From Eledone cirrhosa (taxonomy: Eukaryota): a DNA stretch of 64,000 nucleotides. The position numbers and the translations under genes were made by a program. A model generated the notes under the pieces. That model saw nothing but the letters and a program-made list of their open reading frames with translations, made no database searches and was not told where the DNA came from. The DNA lies in contig OZ024756.1 of NCBI GenBank assembly GCA_964016885.1, positions 8,680,001-8,744,000 of the forward strand, in the 5' to 3' direction. How positions within the stretch are numbered: the first letter of the stretch is position 1; each line of letters opens with the position of its first letter. Positions 1-13,000 of the stretch are shown piece by piece.

Positions 1-2032
1 GTGTCTCAACTGACTTCTATATTCCAGTACCTCAACTGTCTTCTATATTACAGTGTCTCAACTGTCTTCCATATTACAGTGTCTCAACTGTCTTCTATAC
101 TACAGTGTCTCAACTGTCTACTATATTACACTAGCTCAACTGTCTTCTATATTACAGTGTCTTAACTGTCTTCTATATTACAGTGTCTCAACTGTCTTCT
201 ATACTACAGTGTCTCAACTGTCTTCTATATTCCAGTAGCTCAACTGTCTTCTATATTACAGTGTCTCAACTGTCTTCCATATTACAGTGTCTCAACTGTC
301 TTCTATATTACAGTGCCTTAACTGTCTTCTATATTACAGTGTCTCAACTGTCTTCTATATTACGGTGTCTCAACTGTCTTCTATATTAAAGTGTCTCAAC
401 TGTCTTCTATATTACAGTGTCTCAACTGTCTTCTATATTACAGTAGTTCAAATGTCTTCTATATTACAGTGTCTCAACTGTCTTCTATATTACAGTGGCT
501 CAACTGTCTTCTATATTACAGTGTCTCAACTGTCTTCTATATTACAGTGGCTCAACTGTCTTCTATATTACAGTGTCTCAACTGTCTTCTATATTACAAT
601 GTCTCAACTGTCTTCTATATTACAGTGGCTCAACTGTCTTCTATATTACAGTGTCTCAACTGTCTTCTATATTACAGTAGCTCAACTGTCTTCTATACTA
701 CAGTGTCTCAATTGTCTTCTATATTAGAGTGTCTCAACTGTCTTCTATACTACAGTGTCTCAACTGTCTTCTATATTACAGTGTCTCAACTGTGTTATAT
801 ATTACAGTGGCTCAACTGTCTTCTATATTACAGTGTCTCAACTGTCTTCTATATTACAGTAGATCAACTGTCTTCTATATTACAGTGTCTCAACTGTCTT
901 TTATATTACAGTGTCTCAACTGTCTTCTATATTACAGTGGATCAACTGTCTTCTATATTACAGTGTCTCAACTGTCTTCTATATTACAGTGTCTCAACTG
1001 TCTTCTATATTACAGTGGCTCAACTGTCTTCTCTATTACACTGTCTCAACTGTCTTCTATATTACAGTAATTCAACTGTCTTCTATACTACAGTGTCTCA
1101 ACTGTCTTCTATATTACAGTAATTCAACTGTCTTCTATATTACAGTGTCTCAACTGTCTTCTATATTACAGTGGCTCAACTGTCTTCTATATTACAGTGT
1201 CTCAACTGTCTTCTATATTTCAGTAGCTCAACTGTCTTCTATACTTCAGTGTCTCAACTGTCTTCTATATTACAGTGTCTCAACTGTCTTCTATACTACA
1301 GTGTCTCAACTGTCTTTTATATTGCAGTGTCTCAACTGTCTTCTATATTACAGTGTCTCAACCGTCTTCTATGTTACAGTGGCTCAACTGTCTTCTATAT
1401 TACAGTGTCTCAACTGTCTTCTATATTACAGTGTCTAAATTGTCTTCTATATTACAGTGTCTCAACTGTCTTCTATATTACAGTGTCTCAACTGTATTCT
1501 ATATTACAGTGTCTCAACTGTCTTCTATGTTACAGTGTCTCAACTGTCTTCTATATTACAGTGTCTCAACTGTCTTCTATATTACAGTGTCTCAACTGTC
1601 TTCTATATTACAGTGGCTCAACTGTCTTCTATATTACAGTGTCTCAACTGTCTTCTATATTACAGTGTCTAAATTGTCTTCTATATTACAGTGTCTCAAC
1701 TGTCTTCTATATTACAGTGGCTCAACTGTCTTCTATATTACAGTGTCTCAACTGTCTTCTATATTACAGTGTCTCAACTGTCTTCTATATTACAGTGTCT
1801 CAACTGTCTTTTATATTACAGTGTCTCAACTGTCTTCTATATTACAGTGGCTCAACTGTCTTCTATATTACAGTGTCTCAACTGTCTTCTATATTACAGT
1901 GTCTAAATTGTCTTCTATATTACAGTGTCTCAACTGTCTTCTATATTACAGTGTCTCAACTGTCTTCTATATTACAGTGGTTCAACTGTCTTCTATGTTA
2001 CAGTGTCTCAACTGTCTTCTATATTACAGTGG

Positions 2033-5000
2033 CTCAACTGTCTTCTATACTACAGTGTCTCAACTGTCTTCTATATTCCAGTAGCTCAACTGTCTTCTAT
2101 ATTACAGTGGCTCAACTGTCTTCTATATATACAATGTCTCAACTGTCTTCTATATTACAATGGCTCAACTGTCTTCTATATTACAGTGTCTCAACTGTCT
2201 TCTATATTACAGTGTCTCAACTGTCTTCTATATTACAGTGTCTCAACTGTCTTCTACATTACAGTGTCTCAACTGTCTTCTATATTACAGCGTCTCAACT
2301 GTCTTCTATATTACAGTGTCTCAACTGTCTTCTATATTACAGTGTCTCAACTGTCTTCTATATTACAGTGTCTCAACTGTCTTCTATATTACAGTGGCTG
2401 CATTGTCTTCTATATTACAGTGGCTCAACTGTCTTCTACATATACAGTGTCTCAACTGTCTTCTATATTACAATGGCTCAACTGTCTTGTATATTACAGT
2501 GGCTCAACTGTCTTCTATATTACAGTGTCTTAACTGTCTTGTATAGTACAGTGTCTCAACTGTCTTCTATATTACAGTGTCTCAACTGTCTTCTATACTA
2601 CAGTGTTTCAACTGCCTTGTATATTACAGTGTCTCAACTGTCTTCTATATTACAGTGGCTCAACTGTCTTCTATATATACAATGTCTCAACTGTCTTCTA
2701 TATTACAATGGCTCAACTGTCTTCTATATTACAGTGTCTCAACTGTCATCTATATTACAGTGGCTCAACTGTCTTCTATATTACAGTGTCTCAACTGTCT
2801 TATATATTACAGTGGCTCAACTGTCTTCTATATTACAGTGTCTCAACTGTCTTCTATATTACAGTGTATCAGCTGTCTTCTATATTACAGTGTCTCAACT
2901 GTCTTATATATTACAGTGTCTCAACATTCTTCTATATTACAGTGTCTCAACTGTCTTCTATATTACAGTGTCTCAACTGTCTTCTATATTACAATGTCTC
3001 AACTGTCTTCTATATTACAGTGTCTCAACTGTCTTCTATACTACAGTGTCTCAACTGACTTCTATATTCCAGTACCTCAACTGTCTTCTATATTACAGTG
3101 TCTCAACTGTCTTCCAGATTACAGTGTCTCAACTGTCTTCTATACTACAGTGTCTCAACTGTCTTCTATACTACAGTGTCTCAACTGTCTACTATATTAC
3201 ACTAGCTCAACTGTCTTCTATATTACAGTGTCTTAACTGTCTTCTATATTACAGTGTCTCAACTGTCTTCTATACTACAGTGTCTCAAATGTCTTCTATA
3301 TTCCAGTAGCTCAACTGTCTTCTATATTACAGTGTCTCAACTGTCTTCCATATTACAGTGTCTCAACTGTCTTCTATATTACAGTGTCTTAACTGTCTTC
3401 TATATTACAGTGTCTCAACTGCCTTCTATATTACGGTGTCTCAACTGTCTTCTATATTACAGTGTCTCAACTGTCTTCTATATTACAGTGTCTCAACTGT
3501 CTTCTATATTACAGTAGTTCAACTGTCTTCTATATTACAGTGTCTCAACTGTCTTCTATATTACAGTGTCTCAACTGTCTTCTATATTACAGTGGCTCAA
3601 CTGTCTTCTATATTACTGTGTCTCAACTGTCTTCTATATTAGAGTGTCTCAACTGTCTTCTATATTACAGTGGCTCAACTGTCTTCTATATTACAGTGTC
3701 TCAACTGTCTTCTATATTACAGTAGCTCAACTGTCTTCTATACTACAGTGTCTCAATTGTCTTCTATATTACAGTGTCTCAACTGTCTTCTATACTACAG
3801 TGTCTCAACTGTCTTCTATATTACAGTGTCTCAACTGTGTTATATATTACAGTGGCTCAACTGTCTTCTATATTACAGTGTCTCAACTGTCTTCTATATT
3901 ACAGTGGCTCAACTATCTTCTATATTACAGTGTCTCAACCGTCTTCTATATTACAGTGTCTCAACTGTCTTCTATATTCCAGTAGCTCAACTGTCTTCTA
4001 TATTACAGTGTCTCAACCGTCTTCTATATTACATTGTCTCAACTGTCTTCTATATTAAAGTAGATCAACTGTCTTCTATGTTACAGTGTCTCAACTGTCT
4101 TCTATACAACAGTGTCTCAACTGTCTTCTATATTACAGTGTCTCAACTGTCTTCTATATTACAGTGTCTCAACTGTCTTCTGTATTACAGTAGTTCAACT
4201 GTCTTCTATATTACAGTGTCTCAACTGTCTTCTATATTACAGTGTCTCAACTGTCTTCTATATTACAGTGGCTCAACTGTCTTCTATATTACGGTGTCTC
4301 AACCGTCTTCTATATTACAGTGTCTCAACTGTCTTCTATATTACAGTATCTCAACTGTCTTCTATACTACAGTGTCTCAACTGTCTTCTATATTACAGTG
4401 TCTCAACTGTTTTCCATATACTACAGTGTCTCAACTGTCTTCTATATTACAGTGTCTCAACTGTCTTATATTTTACAGTGGCTCAACTGTCTTCTATATT
4501 ACAGTTTCTCAACTGTCTTCTATATGACAGTGTCTCAACTGTCTTCTATATTACAGTGTCTCAACTGTCTTATATATTACAGTGGTTCAACTGTCTTCTA
4601 TATTACAGTGTCTCAACTGTCTTCTATATTACAGTAATTCAACTGTCTTATATACTACAGTGTCTCAACTGTCTTCTATATTACAGTGTGTCAACTGTCT
4701 TCTATATTACAGTAGATCAACTGTCTTCTATATTACAGTGTCTCAACTGTCTTTTATATTACAGTGTCTCAACAGTCTTCTATATTACAGTGGCTCAACT
4801 GCCTTCTATATTACAGTCTGTCAACTGTCTTCTATATTACAGTGTCTCAACTGTCTTCTATACAACAGTGTCTCAACTGTCTTCTATATTACAGTGTCTC
4901 AACTGTCTTCTATATTACAGTGTCTCAACTGTCTTCTATATTACAGTAGTTCAACTGTCTTCTATATTACAGTGTCTCAACTGTCTTCTATATTACAGTG

Positions 5001-7218
5001 TCTCAACTGTCTTCTATATTATAGTAGTTCAACTGTCTTCTATATTACAGTGTCTCAACTGTCTTCTATACAACAGTGTCTCAACTGTCTTCTATATTAC
5101 AGTGTCTCAACTGTCTTCCATATTACAGTGACTCAACTGTCTTCTATATTACAATGTCTCAACTGTCTTCTATACTACAGTGTCTCAACTGACTTCTATA
5201 TTCCAGTAGCTCAACTGTCTTCTATATTACAGTGTCTCAACTGTCTTCCATATTACAGTGTCTCAACTGTCTTCTATACTACAGTGTCTCAACTGTCTTC
5301 TATATTCCAGTAGCTCAACTGTCTTCTATATTACAGTGGCTCAACTGTCTTCTATATATACAATGTCTCAACTGTCTTCTATATTACAATGGCTCAACTG
5401 TCTTCTATATTACAGTGTCTCAACTGTCTTCTATATTACAGTGTCTCAACTGTCTTCTATATTACAGTGTCTCAACTGTCTTCTACATTACAGTGTCTCA
5501 ACTGTCTTCTATATTACAGTGTCTCAACTGTCTTCTATATTACAGTGTCTCAACTGTCTTCTATATTACAGTGTCTCAACTGTCTTCTATATTACAGTGT
5601 CTCAACTGTCTTCTATATTACAGTGGCTGCATTGTCTTCTATATTACAGTGGCTCAACTGTCTTCTACATATACAGTGTCTCAACTGTCTTCTATATTAC
5701 AATGGCTCAACTGTCTTGTATATTACAGTGGCTCAACTGTCTTCTATATTACAGTGTCTTAACTGTCTTGTATAGTACAGTGTCTCAACTGTCTTCTATA
5801 TTACAGTGTCTCAACTGTCTTCTATACTACAGTGTTTCAACTGCCTTGTATATTACAGTGTCTCAACTGTCTTCTATATTACAGTGGCTCAACTGTCTTC
5901 TATATATACAATGTCTCAACTGTCTTCTATATTACACTGGCTCAACTGTCTTCTATATTACAGTGTCTCAACTGTCATCTATATTACAGTGGCTCAACTG
6001 TCTTCTATATTACAGTGTCTCAACTGTCTTATATATTACAGTGGCTCAACTGTCTTCTATATTACAGTGTCTCAACTGTCTTCTATATTACAGTGTATCA
6101 GCTGTCTTCTATATTACAGTGTCTCAACTGTCTTATATATTACAGTGTCTCAACATTCTTCTATATTACAGTGTCTCAACTGTCTTCTATATTACAGTGT
6201 CTCAACTGTCTTCTATATTACAATGTCTCAACTGTCTTCTATATTACAGTGTCTCAACTGTCTCCCATACTACAGTGTCTCAACTGACTTCTATATTCCA
6301 GTACCTCAACTGTCTTCTATATTACAGTGTCTCAACTGTCTTCCAGATTACAGTGTCTCAACTGTCTTCTATACTACAGTGTCTCAACTGTCTTCTATAC
6401 TACAGTGTCTCAACTGTCTACTATATTACACTAGCTCAACTGTCTTCTATATTACAGTGTCTTAACTGTCTTCTATATTACAGTGTCTCAACTGTCTTCT
6501 ATACTACAGTGTCTCAACTGTCTTCTATATTCCAGTAGCTCAACTGTCTTCTATATTACAGTGTCTCAACTGTCTTCCATATTACAGTGTCTCAACTGTC
6601 TTCTATATTACAGTGTCTTAACTGTCTTCTATATTACAGTGTCTCAACTGCCTTCTATATTACGGTGTCTCAACTGTCTTCTATATTACAGTGTCTCAAC
6701 TGTCTTCTATATTACAGTGTCTCAACTGTCTTCTATATTACAGTAGTTCAGCTGTCTTCTATATTACAGTGTCTCAACTGTCTTCTATATTACAGTGGCT
6801 CAACTGTCTTCTATATTACAGTGTCTCAACTGTCTTCTATATTAGAGTGTCTCAACTGTCTTCTATATTACAGTGGCTCAACTGTCTTCTATATTACAGT
6901 GTCTCAACTGTCTTCTATATTACAGTAGCTCAACTGTCTTCTATACTACAGTGTCTCAATTGTCTTCTATATTACAGTGTCTCAACTGTCTTCTATACTA
7001 CAGTGTCTCAACTGTCTTCTATATTACAGTGTCTCAACTGTGTTATATATTACAGTGGCTCAACTGTCTTCTATATTACAGTGTCTCAACTGTCTTCTAT
7101 ATTACAGTGGCTCAACTATCTTCTATATTACAGTGTCTCAACCGTCTTCTATATTACAGTGTCTCAACTGTCTTCTATATTCCAGTAGCTCAACTGTCTT
7201 CTATATTACAGTGTCTCA
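2033..7218. repeat. Duplicated block pair, about 2033-4015 and about 5262-7218 (offset 3229 bp, becoming 3203 after loss of one monomer)
   Basis: Matching ORF translations at 2160/5389, 2577/5806, 2603/5832, 3254/6483 (offset 3229) and 3670/6873, 3774/6977 (offset 3203). The rare marker TGACTTCTATATTCCAGTACCTC occurs at 3056 and 6285. Confidence 0.9.
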
Positions 7219-9850
7219 ACTGTCTTCTATATTACAGTAATTCAACTGTCTTCTATATATACAATGTCTCAACTGTCTTCTATATTACAATGGCTCAACT
7301 GTCTTCTATATTACAGTGTCTCAACTGTCATCTATATTACAGTGGCTCAACTGTCTTCTATATTACAGTGTCTCAACTGTCTTATATATTACAGTGGCTC
7401 AACTGTCTTCTATATTACAGTGTCTCAACTGTCTTCTATATTACAGTGTATCAGCTGTCTTCTATATTACAGTGTCTCAACTGTCTTATATATTACAGTG
7501 TCTCAACATTCTTCTATATTACAGTGTCTCAACTGTCTTCTATATTACAGTGTCTCAACTGTCTTCTATATTACAATGTCTCAACTGTCTTCTATATTAC
7601 AGTGTCTCAACTGTCTTCTATACTACAGTGTCTCAACTGACTTCTATATTCCAGTACCTCAACTGTCTTCTATATTACAGTGTCTCAACTGTCTTCCAGA
7701 TTACAGTGTCTCAACTGTCTTCTATACTACAGTGTCTCAACTGTCTTCTATACTACAGTGTCTCAACTGTCTACTATATTACACTAGCTCAACTGTCTTC
7801 TATATTACAGTGTCTTAACTGTCTTCTATATTACAGTGTCTCAACTGTCTTCTATACTACAGTGTCTCAACTGTCTTCTATATTCCAGTAGCTCAACTGT
7901 CTTCTATATTACAGTGTCTCAACTGTCTTCCATATTACAGTGTCTCAACTGTCTTCTATATTACAGTGTCTTAACTGTCTTCTATATTACAGTGTCTCAA
8001 CTGCCTTCTATATTACGGTGTCTCAACTGTCTTCTATATTACAGTGTCTCAACTGTCTTCTATATTACAGTGTCTCAACTGTCTTCTATATTACAGTAGT
8101 TCAGCTGTCTTCTATATTACAGTGTCTCAACTGTCTTCTATATTACAGTGGCTCAACTGTCTTCTATATTACAGTGTCTCAACTGTCTTCTATATTAGAG
8201 TGTCTCAACTGTCTTCTATATTACAGTGGCTCAACTGTCTTCTATATTACAGTGTCTCAACTGTCTTCTATATTACAGTAGCTCAACTGTCTTCTATACT
8301 ACAGTGTCTCAATTGTCTTCTATATTACAGTGTCTCAACTGTCTTCTATACTACAGTGTCTCAACTGTCTTCTATATTACAGTGTCTCAACTGTGTTATA
8401 TATTACAGTGGCTCAACTGTCTTCTATATTACAGTGTCTCAACTGTCTTCTATATTACAGTGGCTCAACTATCTTCTATATTACAGTGTCTCAACCGTCT
8501 TCTATATTACAGTGTCTCAACTGTCTTCTATATTCCAGTAGCTCAACTGTCTTCTATATTACAGTGTCTCAACTGTCTTCTATATTACAGTAATTCAACT
8601 GTCTTATATACTACAGTGTCTCAACTGTCTTCTATATTACATTGTCTCAACTGTCTTCTATATTAAAGTCGATCAACTGTCTTCTATGTTACAGTGTCTC
8701 AACTGTCTTTTATATTACAGTGTCTCAACAACTGTCTTCTATATTACAGTGGCTCAACTGTCTTCTATATTACAGTGTCTCAACTGTCTTCTATATTATA
8801 GTAGTTCAACTGTCTTCTATATTACAGTGTCTCAACTGTCTTCTATACAACAGTGTCTCAACTGTCTTCTATATTACAGTGTCTCAACTGTCTTCTATAT
8901 TACAGTGTCTCAACTGTCTTCTGTATTACAGTAGTTCAACTGTCTTCTATATTACAGTGTCTCAACTGTCTTCTATATTACAGTGTCTCAACTGTCTTCT
9001 ATATTACAGTGGCTCAACTGTCTTCTATATTACGGTGTCTCAACCGTCTTCTATATTACAGTGTCTCAACTGTCTTCTATATTACAGTATCTCAACTGTC
9101 TTCTATACTACAGTGTCTCAACTGTCTTCTATATTACAGTGTCTCAACTGTTTTCCATATACTACAGTGTCTCAACTGTCTTCTATATTACAGTGTCTCA
9201 ACTGTCTTATATTTTACAGTGGCTCAACTGTCTTCTATATTACAGTTTCTCAACTGTCTTCTATATGACAGTGTCTCAACTGTCTTCTATATTACAGTGT
9301 CTCAACTGTCTTATATATTACAGTGGTTCAACTGTCTTCTATATTACAGTGTCTCAACTGTCTTCTATATTACAGTAATTCAACTGTCTTATATACTACA
9401 GTGTCTCAACTGTCTTCTATATTACAGTGTGTCAACTGTCTTCTATATTACAGTAGATCAACTGTCTTCTATATTACAGTGTCTCAACTGTCTTTTATAT
9501 TACAGTGTCTCAACAGTCTTCTATATTACAGTGGCTCAACTGTCTTCTATATTACAGTCTGTCAACTGTCTTCTATATTACAGTGTCTCAACTGTCTTCT
9601 ATACAACAGTGTCTCAACTGTCTTCTATATTACAGTGTCTCAACTGTCTTCTATATTACAGTGTCTCAACTGTCTTCTATATTACAGTAGTTCAACTGTC
9701 TTCTATATTACAGTGTCTCAACTGTCTTCTATATTACAGTGTCTCAACTGTCTTCTATATTATAGTAGTTCAACTGTCTTCTATATTACAGTGTCTCAAC
9801 TGTCTTCTATACAACAGTGTCTCAACTGTCTTCTATATTACAGTGTCTCA
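4090..9850. repeat. Dispersed duplicated block of about 1 kb, about 4090-5110 and about 8830-9850 (offset 4741)
   Basis: ORF pairs 4112/8853, 4242/8983, 4582/9323, 4764/9505. Shared ACGGT..ACCGT monomer at 4291/9032 and shared 28-bp TTTCCATATACT monomer at 4411/9152. Confidence 0.9.
5890..8600. repeat. Tandem duplication of a 1353-bp unit (52 monomers, one of them 27 bp)
   Basis: ORF pairs 6483/7836, 6587/7940, 6691/8044, 6873/8226, 6977/8330 are all offset 1353. The marker TGACTT...GTACCTC is at 6285 and 7638, and TATATACAATG has its ATG at 5911 and 7264. Confidence 0.92.
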
Positions 9851-10039
9851 ATTGTCTTCTATATTACAGTGGCTCAACTGTCTTCTATATTACAGTGTCT
9901 CAACTGTCTTCTATATTACAGTAATTCAACTGTCTTCTATACTACAGTGTCTCAACTGTCTTCTATATTACAGTAATTCAACTGTCTTCTATATTACAGT
10001 GTCTCAACTGTCTTCTATATTACAGTAGATCAACTGTCT

Positions 10040-13000
10040 TCTATATTACAGTAATTCAACTCTCTTCTATACTACAGTGTCTCAACTGTCTTCTATATTA
10101 CAGTGTCTCAACTGTCTTCTATATTACAGTAGATCAACTGTCTTCTATATTACAGTGTCTCAATTGTCTTCTATATTACAGTGGCTCAACTGTCTTCTAT
10201 ATTACAGTGTCTCAACTGTCTTTTATATTACAGTGTCTCAACTGTCTTCTATATTACAGTGTCTCAACTGTCTTCTATATTACAGTGTCTCAACTGTCTT
10301 CTATATTACAGTGGCTCATCTGTCTTCTATATTACAGTGTCCCAACTGTCTTCTATATTACAGTAATTCAACTGTCTTCTATACTACAGTGTCTCAACTG
10401 TCTTCTATATTACAGTATCTCAACTGTCTTCTATATTACAGTAGATAAACTGTCTTCTATATTACAGTGTCTCAACTGTCTTTTATATTACAGTGTCTCA
10501 ACTGTCTTCTATATTACAGTGGCTCAACTGTCTTCTATATTACAGTGTCTCAACTGTCTTCTATATTACAGTGGCTCAACTGTCTTCTATATTACAGTGT
10601 CTCAACTATCTTCTATATTACAGTGTCTCGACTGTCTTCTACATTACAGTGTCTCAACTGTCTTCTATATTACAGTGTCTCAACTGTCTTCTATATTCCA
10701 GAGGCTCATCTGTCTTCTATATTACAGTGTCTCAACTGTCTTCTATATTACAGTAATTCAACTGTCTTCTATACTACAGTGTCTCAACTGTCTTCTATAT
10801 TACAGTGTCTCAACTGTCTTCTATATTACAGTGTCTCAACTGTCTTCTATATTACAGTGTCTCGACTGTCTTCTATATTACAGTGGCTCAACTGTCTTCT
10901 ATATTACAGTGTCTCAACTGTCTTCTATACTAAAGTGTCTCAACTGTCTTTTATATTACAGTGTCTCAACTGTCTTCTATATTACAGTGGCTCAACTGTC
11001 TTCTATATTACAGTGTCTCAACTGTCTTCTATATTATAGTAGTTCAACTGTCTTCTATATTACAGTGTCTCAACTGTCTTCTATATTACAATGGCTCAAC
11101 TGTCTTCTATACAACAGTGTCTCAACTGTCTTCTATATTACAGTGGCTCAACTGTCTTCTATATTACAGTGTCTCAACCGTCTTCTATATTACAGTGTCT
11201 CAACTGTCTTCTATATTACAGTAACTCAACTGTCTTCTATAGTACAGTATCTCAACTGGTTCTATATTACAGTGTCTCAACTGTCTTCTATATTACAGTG
11301 TCTCAACTGTCTTCTATATTACAGTGTCTCAACTGTCTTCTATATTACAGTGTCTCAACTGTCTTCTATATTACAGTGTCTCAACTGTCTTCTATATTAC
11401 AGTGTCTCAACCTTCTTCTATATTACAGTGTCTCAACTGTCTTCTATACTACAGTGTCTCAACTGTCTTCTATATTACAGTGTCTCAACTGTCTTCTATA
11501 TTCCAGTGTCTCAACTGTCTTCTATATTACAGTGTCTCAACTGTCTTCTATATTACAGTAGATCAACTGTCTTCTATATTACAGTGTCTCAACTGTCTTT
11601 TATATTATAGTGTCTCAAATGTCTTCTATATTACAGTGGCCCCAACTGTCTTCTATATTACAGTGTCTCAACTGTCTTCTATATTACAGTAATTCAACTG
11701 TCTTCTATACTACAGTGTCTCAACTGTCTTCTATATTACAGTAATTCAACTGTCTTCTATATTACAGTGTCTCAACTGTCTTCTATATTACAGTAGATCA
11801 ACTGTCTTCTATATTACAGTGTCTCAACTGTCTTTTATATTACAGTGTCTCAACTGTCTTCTATATTACAGTGTCTCAACTGTCTTTTATATTACAGTGT
11901 CTCAACTGTCTTCTATATTACAGTGTCTCAACTGTCTTCTATATTACAGTGTCTCAACTGTTTTCTATACTACAGTGTCTCAACTGTCTTTTATATTACA
12001 GTGTCTCAACTGTCTTCTATATTACAGTGTCTCAACTGTCTTTTATATTACAGTGTCTCAACTGTCTTCTATATTACAGTGTCTCAACTGTCTTTTATAT
12101 TACAGTGTCTCAACTATCTTCTATATTACAGTGTCTCAACTGTCTTCTATATTACAGTGTCTCAACTGTCTTCTATATTACAGTGGCTCATCTGTCTTCT
12201 ATATTACAGTGTCTCAACTGTCTTCTATATTACAGTAATTCAACTGTCTTCTATACTACAGTGTCTCAACTGTCTTCTATATTACAGTGTCTCAACTGTC
12301 TTCTATATTACAGTGTCTCAACTGTCTTCTATATTACAGTGTCTCAACTGTCTTATATTTTACAGTGGCTCAACTGTCTTCTATATTACAGTGTCTCAAC
12401 TGTCTTCTATATTACATTAGATCAACTGTCTTCTATATTACAGTAATTCAACTCTCTTCTATACTACAGTGTCTCAACTGTCTTCTATATTACAGTGGCT
12501 CAACTGTCTTCTATATTACAGTGTCTCAACTGTCTTTTATATTACAGTGTCTCAACTGTCTTCTATATTACAGTGTCTCAACTGTCTTCTATATTACAGT
12601 GTCTCAACTGTCTTCTATATTACAGTGGCTCATCTGTCTTCTATATTACAGTGTCCCAACTGTCTTCTATATTACAGTAATTCAACTGTCTTCTATACTA
12701 CAGTGTCTCAACTGTCTTCTATATTACAGTATCTCAACTGTCTTCTATATTACAGTAGATAAACTGTCTTCTATATTACAGTGTCTCAACTGTCTTTTAT
12801 ATTACAGTGTCTCAACTGTCTTCTATATTACAGTGGCTCAACTGTCTTCTATATTACAGTGTCTCAACTGTCTTCTATATTACAGTGGCTCAACTGTCTT
12901 CTATATTACAGTGTCTCAACTATCTTCTATATTACAGTGTCTCGACTGTCTTCTACATTACAGTGTCTCAACTGTCTTCTATATTACAGTGTCTCAACTG

